This document shows positions 15,086 through 23,887 of a stretch of 26,184 bases of DNA, piece after piece. This DNA is from Candidatus Methanophagales archaeon (lineage in GTDB: Archaea > Halobacteriota > Syntropharchaeia > Alkanophagales > Methanospirareceae): positions 1 to 26,184 of the forward strand of contig JAGGRR010000078.1 of the NCBI GenBank assembly GCA_021159465.1, given 5' to 3'. The number at the start of each line of letters is the position of its first letter. Positions within the stretch are counted from its first letter, which is position 1. Below the pieces are notes generated by a model. The model was not told the origin of the DNA. It worked only from the letters and a program-made list of their open reading frames with translations, and searched no databases. Made by a program: the position numbers and the translations under genes.

Positions 15086-16312
15086 ATGGATGAGGATATA
15101 GCAGTAGCAAAGGCAAAGCGGATTGTAATAAAGGTGGGTACAAGCACCCTCACGGATGATAACCACCGACTTGCGCCTGATAAGGTGAAGAAGCTTGCGC
15201 GAGAGATAGTAGAACTGAGGAGACGGGGGAAAGAGGTCATCCTGGTCTCATCAGGTGCGATCGGTGCAGGCATAGGGAAATTAAACCTGAAGCAGAGACC
15301 CCGAGATATCAAGCTCTTACAGGCTACTGCTGCTGTTGGACAGAGCATTCTGATGAGCACCTATGACCGGTATTTCTCTGCTTATGGTCAGACAATTGCG
15401 CAACTTCTGTTAACACACGCCGATTTCCTCAGTCGTCAGAGGTATCTCAATCTGAGAAACACTTTACTCACATTGCTCAAATCGGGTGTGATCCCGATAG
15501 TAAATGAGAATGATACCACAGCAGTAGATGAGATTAAGGTAGGGGACAATGATAACCTATCGGCTCTTGTAGCAAGCAACCTCGAAGCCGACCTGCTTAT
15601 TATCCTTACTGATACTGATGGCTTGTTCACTCGAGACCCGCGTAGGAGTGAGAGAGCGGAGCTCATCCCGGTTGTGCGTGATATAACACCCGAGATTGAA
15701 CGAATTGCAGATACCGGTGAGAAGACGAAGACGAGTAGTGTTGGAGGCATGAGGACAAAAATACAGGCGGCAAAGCTCGCAATGAATGCGGGTATTCCTG
15801 TTGTCATTGCGAATGGTGCTGAAGAGGACATCCTGCTGCGCATTGTAGAGGGTGAGCCGGTTGGAACACGGTTCTTACCGCGTAAAAGCGACAGGATGAA
15901 TGACAGAGAGCACTGGATTCGGTTTGTATCGCCGCCGAGGGGTAGAATAAAGGTGGACGAAGGAGCAAAAGCTGCTTTAGTCGCTAAGGGTAGTAGTCTG
16001 TTACCATCAGGCATCATCGGGGTAGAAGGAGTCTTCATGCCCGGTGACACCGTTAGTATCATTGATTCTCATAACATCGAATTTGCTCGTGGCATAACCA
16101 ATTACTCCTCTGTGGAGATAGAGAAGATAAAGGGGCTTCATACCAGTGACATCGAACGCGTTCTGGGGCATAAAGAGTATGACGAAGTGGTATATCGCGG
16201 TAATCTCTACCTGATACAGGAACAGGATGAGGAAGGAGATGTCAGGAGAGAGGATAGCACTCAAGATAGGTTATCTTGGAACCAATTATCACGGTTTCCA
16301 GATTCAGCCTGA
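15086..16312 (+). CDS. proB: Glutamate 5-kinase with C-terminal PUA domain
   Basis: KVGTSTLTD, VSSGAIGAG, NENDTTAVDEIKVGDNDNLSALVA and GGMRTKIQAAK motifs. PUA segment RGRIKVDEGAKAAL..GSSLLPSGI..GDTVSI. The track start at 15074 is TTG; ATG 15086 is more likely. Confidence 0.85.
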   Translation: MDEDIAVAKAKRIVIKVGTSTLTDDNHRLAPDKVKKLAREIVELRRRGKEVILVSSGAIGAGIGKLNLKQRPRDIKLLQATAAVGQSILMSTYDRYFSAYGQTIAQLLLTHADFLSRQRYLNLRNTLLTLLKSGVIPIVNENDTTAVDEIKVGDNDNLSALVASNLEADLLIILTDTDGLFTRDPRRSERAELIPVVRDITPEIERIADTGEKTKTSSVGGMRTKIQAAKLAMNAGIPVVIANGAEEDILLRIVEGEPVGTRFLPRKSDRMNDREHWIRFVSPPRGRIKVDEGAKAALVAKGSSLLPSGIIGVEGVFMPGDTVSIIDSHNIEFARGITNYSSVEIEKIKGLHTSDIERVLGHKEYDEVVYRGNLYLIQEQDEEGDVRREDSTQDRLSWNQLSRFPDSA

Positions 16313-17066
16313 ACCGGAATTGCCGACGATAGAAGGGATGCTCTTCAGAGCTTTTACACGGCTTGGACTATTTGGATTCGAATCACGGCAATCAGCAAAC
16401 TACTCCGCTGCTGGTAGAACAGATAAAGGTGTTCACGCTCTTGCGCAGGTAATATCCTTTGATACCGCTAAGGAAGTGACTCCTCGTATGATAAACAGCA
16501 TGCTGCCGGACGATATCTGGGTCTATGCAATTGCAAGACCCTATCCGGGATTCAATGCGCGCAGGGATGCAAAATCAAGAAAATACCGGTATTTCCTATT
16601 CTCAGAGCCAGAACTGGATGTATCGCGAATGAAGGAGGCATCAGAACTACTTATTGGTAGACATAATTTCTATAACTTCGCACAGGGGCATGAAGCGGAA
16701 TCACATATCAGGGAGATAAAGCGAATAGAGCTCATGAGTAACGGTTCTTTTATCGTTATTGATGTGGAAGCGAACGGTTTTCTCCGCAAGATGGTGAGGA
16801 AGATCGTATCGGCTTTGTGCATGGTAGCCAGGGGCGATAGGGATGAGAGCTGGTTAGAAGCGCTACTGGAATTGCAGTTAAAGGATAGTATAGAACCAGC
16901 GCCTCCTTTTGGTCTCGTATTGAGAGAGGTCGTTTATGATAACATAGAGTTTGTGGAAGATAGATATGCAATGAGGCGAATAGAGGAGCGATTGAAGCGT
17001 GATTTTGTCATGCACAGCACAATTGCCAGTGTGTTACGGGAGCTTATACCACATAATAAGAATTAA
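16239..17066 (+). CDS. truA: tRNA pseudouridine(38-40) synthase TruA
   Basis: RIALKIGYLGTNYHGFQIQP, the catalytic GRTDKGVHALAQV, and FLRKMVRKIV. The start is ATG 16239 or 16227; either one overlaps the proB 3' end. Confidence 0.85.
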   Translation: MSGERIALKIGYLGTNYHGFQIQPEPELPTIEGMLFRAFTRLGLFGFESRQSANYSAAGRTDKGVHALAQVISFDTAKEVTPRMINSMLPDDIWVYAIARPYPGFNARRDAKSRKYRYFLFSEPELDVSRMKEASELLIGRHNFYNFAQGHEAESHIREIKRIELMSNGSFIVIDVEANGFLRKMVRKIVSALCMVARGDRDESWLEALLELQLKDSIEPAPPFGLVLREVVYDNIEFVEDRYAMRRIEERLKRDFVMHSTIASVLRELIPHNKN

Positions 17067-17089
17067 TTACTTAAAAACATCATTGGATA

Positions 17090-17749
17090 TTGAAGATAAA
17101 AGAAGATAAGAGTATGGTACTCGAAGCGGGAAAGAAGAAGGAATTGTTGAAGAGCCTTATAGAAGGAGCGGTTATGGGTCTCGCTCTCTTTGTTATGTTA
17201 GGCTCGATGCTGTATCGTAAAGAGATAAGCTCAATCTTGAATGTAGTTCTTGCCCCTCTCGCATCTTTCACCGGCAATTTCCTGATCACTGTCTTAATTC
17301 TGGCAGTTCTCACCGGCATATACACCTCGATAATCCAGAAATACACAACAAATTGGGAGTTGATGGCGAAGTCGAAGGAGTTTCAAAAGCAGTTAAAGGA
17401 GCTACAGAAAGAGTATATAGAGGCGAAGCAAGAGAACAACAGGCACAAGCTAAAGCGAATAGAGAAGAAGCGTGCAGAGGTGATGAGTGAGCAGGCGCGA
17501 TTTTCCGGTGAGTTGATGCGGCAGCAATTCAAGCCGATGGCTTATATTATTATCATCACTCTTCCGATATTCTTCTGGATGTGGGAATATGCTCCGAGTG
17601 AGGTGGTGATCTTCCCCCTTATAGGCACAAAGAACCTCACACATATCGTTATATTCGGAATACCTTACTGGCTGCTATGGTATATGGTGTGTTCACTCCC
17701 TTTAACGGCTGTGATAAGGAAACTGCTGGGCATAAAGAGTACGATGTGA
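17090..17749 (+). CDS. DUF106 family membrane protein (archaeal Oxa1/YidC/EMC3-like insertase candidate)
   Basis: Three TM segments with a long charged coiled-coil (KEFQKQLKELQKEYIEAKQENNRHKLKRIEKKRAEVMSEQ) between TM1 and TM2, the typical architecture of the DUF106/Mj0480-like family. The start may be ATG 17114. Confidence 0.7.
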   Translation: MKIKEDKSMVLEAGKKKELLKSLIEGAVMGLALFVMLGSMLYRKEISSILNVVLAPLASFTGNFLITVLILAVLTGIYTSIIQKYTTNWELMAKSKEFQKQLKELQKEYIEAKQENNRHKLKRIEKKRAEVMSEQARFSGELMRQQFKPMAYIIIITLPIFFWMWEYAPSEVVIFPLIGTKNLTHIVIFGIPYWLLWYMVCSLPLTAVIRKLLGIKSTM

Positions 17750-17751
17750 AG

Positions 17752-18531
17752 ATGGAAGAAGAGGTGCTATACACCAGGCGTGAGGGCGTGGCGATGATAA
17801 CGCTGAATCGTGAGAAAGCTCTTAATTCATTGAATACCGCATTATTGGAGAAGTTAAGGGCTGCACTGGAGGATGCAGAATCTGATGTCATGGTACGGGC
17901 AATTGTAATAACCGGTGCGGGCAACAGAGCCTTCTGTGCAGGTGCGGACGTTAAGGAGGTAAAAGATAAGAGCCACATTGAGGCAAGAGACTGGTCATTG
18001 TGGTTTCAGAACATCACGAACTACATGGAACGACTCAGGAAGCCGATAATAGCACGCATAAATGGGTTCTGTCTGGGTGGAGGTCTGGAGCTTGCAATGG
18101 CATGTGACTTCCGAATAGCATCAGATAACTCAGTATTCGGGCAGCCGGAGGTGAATCTGGGAATTATACCGGGTGGTGGTGGTACACAACGTCTGACGCG
18201 GTTGATAGGCAAGCCAAAAGCGATGGAGATGCTCATGACTGGCGAGCAGATAGAAGCAGAGGAGGCACTGCGATTGGGACTTGTGAACAGAATTGTGCCT
18301 GCAAGAGAGCTTGATGCTGCTGTTGACGCTCTGGTTAACGAGTTGAAGACGAAGAGCGCGCTCACTCTCGGAATATTGAAGCTCGCAGTGAATAACGGGC
18401 TGGAGATGAGCCTGGAGCGGGCATTGAGTTATGAAGCGGAATGTTTCGGTTCCGCAGTTGCGAGCGGTGATGCAAAGGAGGGGATGCAAGCGTTCTTAGA
18501 GAAACGGAAGCCGGAATTCAAGGGTGAGTGA
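17752..18531 (+). CDS. Enoyl-CoA hydratase/isomerase (crotonase) family protein
   Basis: ITGAGNRAFCAGADVKE, GFCLGGGLELAMACDFRIAS, FGQPEVNLGIIPGGGGTQRL and EGMQAFLEKRKPEFKG. ATG 17752 lies 2 nt after the DUF106 stop. I rejected the track start at 17677. Confidence 0.85.
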   Translation: MEEEVLYTRREGVAMITLNREKALNSLNTALLEKLRAALEDAESDVMVRAIVITGAGNRAFCAGADVKEVKDKSHIEARDWSLWFQNITNYMERLRKPIIARINGFCLGGGLELAMACDFRIASDNSVFGQPEVNLGIIPGGGGTQRLTRLIGKPKAMEMLMTGEQIEAEEALRLGLVNRIVPARELDAAVDALVNELKTKSALTLGILKLAVNNGLEMSLERALSYEAECFGSAVASGDAKEGMQAFLEKRKPEFKGE

Positions 18532-18540
18532 ATATAAGAA

Positions 18541-18954
18541 GTGCGTAAGAAGAGGGTGATAGTGGATACAAATGCGCTACTCATTCCGGGAACGTTCAGG
18601 ATTGATATCTATGAGGAACTTAAAGATATGGGCTATCTGGAGATAATCATACCAGAAGCGGTAATAAAGGAGCTGGAGGCACTGAGCAAGAGCGAAGAAA
18701 AAGGGAGGACGAAGAAGGCTGCTCAGATCGGTCATCAACTGGTGCTCCGACATCTTGCGAATAGCGGTAGCAGGGTGTTCATAGAGCGAAAGGATAGGAG
18801 TGCGGATAGTGATACGGATAGCGAGATCATAAGGGTGGCGAAGATGCAGGATGCCGCGGTTCTCACAAACGATGCGGAATTGAGACGCAGATTGCATCAG
18901 GAAGGGATACCAACGGTGTTCCTGCGGGGCAAGAATAGATTGGCGGCTGACTGA
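18541..18954 (+). CDS. PIN-domain endoribonuclease, Fcf1/Utp24-like (COG1412-type)
   Basis: VIVDTNALLIPGTFRIDIYEEL.., IPEAVIKELEALSK, DSEIIRVA and AVLTNDAELRRRL..GIPTVFLRGKNRL match the archaeal Fcf1-like PIN pattern. There is no ATG, so the start is a GTG at 18541, 18556 or 18562. Confidence 0.72.
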   Translation: MRKKRVIVDTNALLIPGTFRIDIYEELKDMGYLEIIIPEAVIKELEALSKSEEKGRTKKAAQIGHQLVLRHLANSGSRVFIERKDRSADSDTDSEIIRVAKMQDAAVLTNDAELRRRLHQEGIPTVFLRGKNRLAAD

Positions 18955-18981
18955 CTGGCTGAATTAAACTAAGAACAAAAA

Positions 18982-19635
18982 CTAAATCTCTATCATCTTA
19001 CCAGCTTCGCACTTCTTCGCCTCTTCGGGATACATATCCATTATCTCTCTCTTATGTGTGGTGCAATGGCATGGTATGATAATCTTCAGCCCGCTCAGAA
19101 TCTCGAGATGGTCAAAACCATGAAAACCGCCCATCACTCCTCCTAACTTACCGAATTGGTGTGCAGAATCCATAATAACGTCCAGACCTGGATGTGCACA
19201 GCCTGTTAAAACCAGCTCGCCCACTCCTGTATCAAGAACCAGTGACTGCTCCTTTATCCCAACACCAAGCTCTCCTGTTGTATGAACGCCGGGAATGATG
19301 TCCGCGGGTCCAGATACTTCAATTATGCCTGCTGCGTTTCGTTTAATCCTCTTCTTCGTTGCCGCTGTGAAAGAAGCAGGCAGGTACACCATCGCATCGG
19401 GATGCAATACCGCACTCAGACCACCAATATGGTCCCAATGTTCATGTGAGAGCGCAATAATCTCAATCTCCTCTCTCTGTATTCCCAGCTTCTCCATGTT
19501 ACGCGATAGTATCGCTTCTGAAGCGCCGGTATCGAACAGAAGCCTTCTATCTGCAGATTCTATCAGACATGAAAAGCCCCAATCACGCTCTAAACCCTCC
19601 TTCGCTTCATTATCATACACAATTCTCAATCTCAT
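18982..19635 (-). CDS. Metallo-beta-lactamase fold hydrolase (COG1237-like)
   Basis: IVYDNEA..DWGFSCLIE..LLFDTGAS and the metal motif SHEHWDHIGGL. Substrate is unknown. Confidence 0.72.
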   Translation of the reverse strand: MRLRIVYDNEAKEGLERDWGFSCLIESADRRLLFDTGASEAILSRNMEKLGIQREEIEIIALSHEHWDHIGGLSAVLHPDAMVYLPASFTAATKKRIKRNAAGIIEVSGPADIIPGVHTTGELGVGIKEQSLVLDTGVGELVLTGCAHPGLDVIMDSAHQFGKLGGVMGGFHGFDHLEILSGLKIIIPCHCTTHKREIMDMYPEEAKKCEAGKMIEI

Positions 19636-19742
19636 CTTCTTGCCTCTTTCCTCATATAATAAACTTTTTGCGTAATTATAAATATGATATGACGAAGAAA
19701 AGCGGGAATGAGCAAATATTTTTTATTTTATTTATTTTAATT

Positions 19743-21155
19743 TTAATGCATCGCCGTTTTCATCAGCTTCCGTATATACAGCCGAGCCCATGAGAATGCT
19801 ACTGCTACACCAGCGGTGTTCGCTGCAACCAGCCCCCACCAGATTCCCACCAAGCCCAATCCAAGGCTGAAACCAAATACTACTGTAAATAGAGGAGTTA
19901 GTATAAGTGTTCGCAAAATCGTGACAATCAGTGCGTTCATCCCTTTCCCTGTACCTTGAAAAAGCGAAGAAGATAGCATGCCAAATGATATGGTTGGATG
20001 GTAAAAACTGATAATCCTGAGGAAAGTCGTCAAGCCAGGTGCGATACGTGCCGCCTCCTCAGCGTGTGTAAATACCGCAGCTATCTGAGGTGCGAAAATG
20101 AAGGTTGCCACCGCTATAACTGTCTCCATCAAAAACCCGAGCTTCACTGCATAGAGATGAGCAATACTTACCTTCTCAAATGAGCGTGCACCAAAAGCAG
20201 CTCCACTTACCGGGACAAGAGCAGTAGCGATACCCATCGTCGGCAGGACTGCTATGCTTACCACACGCCATCCGGTGGAGTAGATTGCCACGCCGTCGGT
20301 GTTACCCACCATTACTATTATAGCGTTCATTATCAACATCATGAAAGACATGGAAATCATCATCACTGAAGATGGCAGACCAACTCTGAAGATGTCCATA
20401 ATAATCTCCTTGCTCCATTTGAAATCGCTGAATGAGAACGATACATAGGTATCTCTTTTGAATAGAAACCAGTTTAGCATGATAATGGATGAAACAGCCA
20501 AGGATATGAGCGTAGCCCATGCAGCGCCTGCAACACCGAGACCAAAGTAGTAGATAAAAATCGGGTCCAATACGATATTCAGACCAGCACCGAGTGCCAT
20601 GGCATACATGGCTCGCCTGGCATCTCCTTCACTCCGTAGTATTGAATTCGCAACGTTAGTGAAAAATATGAAAATACTACCGGCAAAGATAACCCTGCCA
20701 TAAGCTACTGTCATACCTGTGGTCTTACCCGCGCCTATCAGAGCGAATATGTCGTGAGCAAGAACGAAAAACGGTATGGTAAAGGCAACTGCGAATAACA
20801 GCATTATAACGATTGTATGAACTGCTACATTGTCTGCACCCGGCTTATCACGAGCACCAATCCTGCGGGATATGGCAGACCCTGCACCTACACCCAACCC
20901 ATTAGAGAGCCCCATAGCGAGGAAGAAGAAGGGATAGACGAAACCAATTGCCGCGAGTGCATCAGCACCAATACCCGAAACCCAAATCGCATCAACAAGA
21001 TTGTAGATTGTTTGTACGGACATAGCCGCGATCATGGGTAATGACAGTTTGATAATGGCTCTTTTGGGGTCGCCAAGTAATGTCTCCACGCCCTTCGTTT
21101 CCTTATTCCGCGATAGGGCACCATAAGTGCCCTTTTTTGATAATTTATTATTCAC
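19743..21155 (-). CDS. MATE family efflux transporter
   Basis: 470 aa, 12 TM helices. The N-terminal LSLPMIAAMSVQTIYNLVDAIWVSG and an internal repeat around IFRVGLPSSVMM are typical of MATE/NorM. GTG start. Confidence 0.85.
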   Translation of the reverse strand: MNNKLSKKGTYGALSRNKETKGVETLLGDPKRAIIKLSLPMIAAMSVQTIYNLVDAIWVSGIGADALAAIGFVYPFFFLAMGLSNGLGVGAGSAISRRIGARDKPGADNVAVHTIVIMLLFAVAFTIPFFVLAHDIFALIGAGKTTGMTVAYGRVIFAGSIFIFFTNVANSILRSEGDARRAMYAMALGAGLNIVLDPIFIYYFGLGVAGAAWATLISLAVSSIIMLNWFLFKRDTYVSFSFSDFKWSKEIIMDIFRVGLPSSVMMISMSFMMLIMNAIIVMVGNTDGVAIYSTGWRVVSIAVLPTMGIATALVPVSGAAFGARSFEKVSIAHLYAVKLGFLMETVIAVATFIFAPQIAAVFTHAEEAARIAPGLTTFLRIISFYHPTISFGMLSSSLFQGTGKGMNALIVTILRTLILTPLFTVVFGFSLGLGLVGIWWGLVAANTAGVAVAFSWARLYIRKLMKTAMH

Positions 21156-21270
21156 CTGAGTATCCTCTTGCTCTTGTATTCTTTATTCTATTTTCTATTC
21201 TCCACCAACAGCACGGATGCCTTATATCTCTCTATATCGCTCTAATTATGCAAATCATGTAATTTAAGGA

Positions 21271-21819
21271 CTAAGGACAGTCTCGATCTCGAGCATGACT
21301 CTGAGCATGAACATGAGATTTAAGCATGTGTTTGCATTTATCACAGAGTTCTGCTGGCTTCTTCTTCGCTTCATATACCGAATTTGAGAATTGCATCACA
21401 CATTTATTGGAGCAGTGCTGCAGCCCGAATACGTGCCCCATCTCGTGTATCGCTTCCTTCTTTATCATATTGAGTGAATCAAGCCTGCATGTAGATAGAA
21501 CCGCCCCTTTACCCGGCTTTGCAACCCCAAATACAAAATTCATGCCACGTACAAATATGTCTTCGCTCACTATCCACAAATAGAAAGAACTGGCAGTCTT
21601 AGTCTTAGTCTTAGCCTTGGCCCTCCAAGTGGTGGTAATAGAATTGAGTAGAATCGAGGCGTTGTATTGCATCCTGTTCCTATCATAAGCATCCCTGTCA
21701 GCATCCTTTACAATCGCCTCATCTCCGGGTTCTATCATGAATACAGCTTCAAGCGCTTCTATCACTTCTGACACCACACCTCTGCTCCTGCTGTCATAGA
21801 ATAATTGCAGTTTCTTCAT
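21271..21819 (-). CDS. amzA: Archaemetzincin (zinc metalloprotease)
   Basis: HEMGHVFGLQHC metzincin-type motif followed by the Cys pairs CVMQ and CDKC. NFVFGVA motif. Its ATG overlaps the secY stop (ATGA). Confidence 0.85.
   Translation of the reverse strand: MKKLQLFYDSRSRGVVSEVIEALEAVFMIEPGDEAIVKDADRDAYDRNRMQYNASILLNSITTTWRAKAKTKTKTASSFYLWIVSEDIFVRGMNFVFGVAKPGKGAVLSTCRLDSLNMIKKEAIHEMGHVFGLQHCSNKCVMQFSNSVYEAKKKPAELCDKCKHMLKSHVHAQSHARDRDCP
21595..21618 (-). repeat. In-frame hexanucleotide repeat inside amzA, (AAGACT)x3 preceded by AAGGCT on the coding strand
   Basis: The plus strand reads AGTCTT x3 then AGCCTT. It encodes KAKTKTKT. Confidence 0.95.
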
Positions 21820-23279
21820 TCCTCACCAAAGAACCTTCGTATCGCCGGGTACATCTCCATCATCTGCTCCGATGCCACTTGTTCATAAAGGTTATAAGCA
21901 ATACTCACAGCCAGTAATAACCCGGTGCCGGAAGCTTGACCAAGTGTACCAAATATATTTGCCAGCACACACAGTCCACCAAGAAGTGCACCACCCATTA
22001 TCGCTATTCGTGGTATATAACCCTCCATCATTCGCTCTATCGTTGCGGGATTCCTGCGATGCCCGGGTATTTGCAACCCAGAGCGATGTATCTGCTGTGC
22101 AACATCTTTAGCACCCATACCTGTGGTATTTATCCAGAACAGTGCAAATATCGCACCCCCTGCTACCATAAAAACCAGGTCAATACCAAGGCGCAGGGCT
22201 ATTTGCCAGCCCGCATGTGGTGTTGACATGAGAGTGGGGAACCAATCCCAGGGTCCATAAATCGGACTCAGATAATACATCAAACCAGATACCGCATTGC
22301 CCCATTCATTATACGTACCGAATACAGTAATCCCATGCATTGAGAGTGCTCGCCCGAAACCCTGAATACTCATTTGCAGCGCTCTCACGAGGATCATTGG
22401 TAGTACGCTTGCATATAATAGCTTGATAGGGAACTTACCACGGGCTCCTCGCGCCATCGAATGTGCCAGCGGTATCTCCAGGCGCGTGCTCTCGAGATAG
22501 ACAACAATGAAGAACACCGCGATAGTAGATATGAGGGCGATCAGGTGATGTTGAAATAGGAATGTAACACCTCCTTCAAGTATCTCATACACTTCCACAT
22601 GCAGTGGCGAGCCGGGCCAGAGTAACTGGAACCACCTGGGAATTACACCAACTGGCAGCCCATACTGGTCGGGTTGCCAATTAACGAGCCCGGTAATTAC
22701 CTGCTGCGATACGCCAGCGAGGATGAAGAGCGAGACACCGGACCCTATACCCCACTTCGATACCACCTCATCCATGAAATATATGAGCATCCCACCGAGA
22801 AATACCTGAATGAACAACAGTATAGAGACAATTTGAAGAGATACACCGAGTTTTGAGGCTATCCCAGCATCAGGCATATAGAAGCCCATTACATAGACCA
22901 GACTCATGAAGAGTGCGAATACCACAACGAGAATCTTCTGGATGTTCTGGTAGAATGCCTGGTCGCTGGAGTTACTCAAGTCCAGTTTAAGTATCCCGGC
23001 ACCTACGAGTAGCTGCAGAATGATTGACGCATCTACAATCGGCATTATACCCAGTGCAGTCAATGAATATCGCGTACCTGCGAATATAGTGCGCCATCGT
23101 CCAAAAAGGTCCAATGATTCTGGAGAAAGCCCAAAAAGGGGCACATTACCAAGTACAAAATAGAGTATAAGTATGCCCAGAGTCCATCCCAGCTTGGTCT
23201 TGAAATGGACATGCCAACTCGGGCGCTCAACCATCGGGAATCTATCCAGAATCGGTGTCAGTATCTCTCTTAAGTTCAT
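21816..23279 (-). CDS. secY: Preprotein translocase subunit SecY
   Basis: 487 aa, 10 TM helices. N-terminus ..FKTKLGWTLGILILYFVLGNVPLFG and the C-terminal loop GLQIPGHRRNP are characteristic of archaeal SecY/Sec61alpha. Confidence 0.92.
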   Translation of the reverse strand: MNLREILTPILDRFPMVERPSWHVHFKTKLGWTLGILILYFVLGNVPLFGLSPESLDLFGRWRTIFAGTRYSLTALGIMPIVDASIILQLLVGAGILKLDLSNSSDQAFYQNIQKILVVVFALFMSLVYVMGFYMPDAGIASKLGVSLQIVSILLFIQVFLGGMLIYFMDEVVSKWGIGSGVSLFILAGVSQQVITGLVNWQPDQYGLPVGVIPRWFQLLWPGSPLHVEVYEILEGGVTFLFQHHLIALISTIAVFFIVVYLESTRLEIPLAHSMARGARGKFPIKLLYASVLPMILVRALQMSIQGFGRALSMHGITVFGTYNEWGNAVSGLMYYLSPIYGPWDWFPTLMSTPHAGWQIALRLGIDLVFMVAGGAIFALFWINTTGMGAKDVAQQIHRSGLQIPGHRRNPATIERMMEGYIPRIAIMGGALLGGLCVLANIFGTLGQASGTGLLLAVSIAYNLYEQVASEQMMEMYPAIRRFFGEE

Positions 23280-23281
23280 TT

Positions 23282-23297
23282 ACTTACTCACTTACTC
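23282..23297 (-). repeat. Tandem 2 x 8 bp repeat (plus strand ACTTACTC) in the uL15-secY intercistronic spacer
   Basis: Read directly. The coding strand reads GTGAGTGAGTAAGTGAGTAAGTAA followed by the secY ATG, with stops in all three frames. Confidence 0.9.
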
Positions 23298-23312
23298 ACT
23301 CACTTTATTCAT

Positions 23313-23759
23313 TCACTCCTCAATAGGCATTTCAATCCTGCCACCCGCTTCCTCTATCTTCTCCTTTGCTATACCTGATATCTCATTCACTCTCACTATC
23401 AGCTTCGGCTTTCCTCTCAATTCTCCCCTGCCCAGTATCTTCCTTATTCCGAGTTGTGTAGCATCGAGGAAAACAGCATCACCTCGTTCTTCCGCTTTAC
23501 CGGCTTTTATCAGCTCCGGCAGCTTTTCATCCAGTTCACCCACGTTCATTATTGCATCGTAAGTCTTGGAATGGCGTGCAGAACCAGAACCAAAACCCTG
23601 TTTCCCTTTTTTCATGCCCAGCTTCAAGGAACGTACGAAATGATGCGCATAAGCGCCCGCATTACCTGAACCACCCTTACTTCCTTTACCTCGCCTCTTC
23701 TTGTGTGAGCCACCACCACAGGTTCTTGTACCCCTTATCTTCTTTACTCTCTTCTTCAT
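23313..23759 (-). CDS. rpl15: 50S ribosomal protein uL15
   Basis: KKIRGTRTCGGGSHKKRRGKGSKGGSGNAG N-terminus typical of uL15. It lies directly upstream of secY, as in spc-type operons. Confidence 0.9.
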   Translation of the reverse strand: MKKRVKKIRGTRTCGGGSHKKRRGKGSKGGSGNAGAYAHHFVRSLKLGMKKGKQGFGSGSARHSKTYDAIMNVGELDEKLPELIKAGKAEERGDAVFLDATQLGIRKILGRGELRGKPKLIVRVNEISGIAKEKIEEAGGRIEMPIEE

Positions 23760-23862
23760 CTCTACTCTTACCTACCCTATTACCCTATTTGCACCGAATT
23801 TATCGTTCTTGCTTATTATTTATATATCTTGCTTTTTATATCACAACATTAGTTTTATCATA

Positions 23863-23870
23863 TTTATATA
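23863..23870 (+). promoter_or_regulatory. Candidate TATA box TTTATATA upstream of tbp
   Basis: Its end is 17 nt before the tbp ATG, implying a near-leaderless transcript. Further TATA-like boxes at 23834-23841 and 23818-23827 could serve tbp with a leader, or uL15 on the other strand. Confidence 0.4.
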
Positions 23871-23887
23871 ATTGGAGATCAGGGGGG

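Noticed and set aside
15436-16062. 208-aa antisense ORF inside proB, and similar long antisense ORFs at 23836-24414, 6330-6786, 7471-7932, 17649-17978, 18021-18365 and 1231-1536
   Set aside because: All lie fully inside well-supported genes on the other strand. They have Ser/Pro/Arg/Thr-rich low-complexity translations and no recognisable motifs, which is typical of shadow ORFs.
19636-19742. AT-rich stretch ATTTTTTATTTTATTTATTTTAATTTTA as a terminator for the MATE gene
   Set aside because: On the transcribed (minus) strand it reads A-rich, not T-rich. It is more likely part of the promoter region of the downstream MBL-fold gene (TTTATAATTA box).
23552-23887. 112-codon N-terminal extension of the tbp ORF in the track (295-aa ORF)
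   Set aside because: It is antisense to uL15 and covers the AT-rich promoter region. The composition is low complexity (SSLLSSSSLLL). Canonical TBP begins at ATG 23888.
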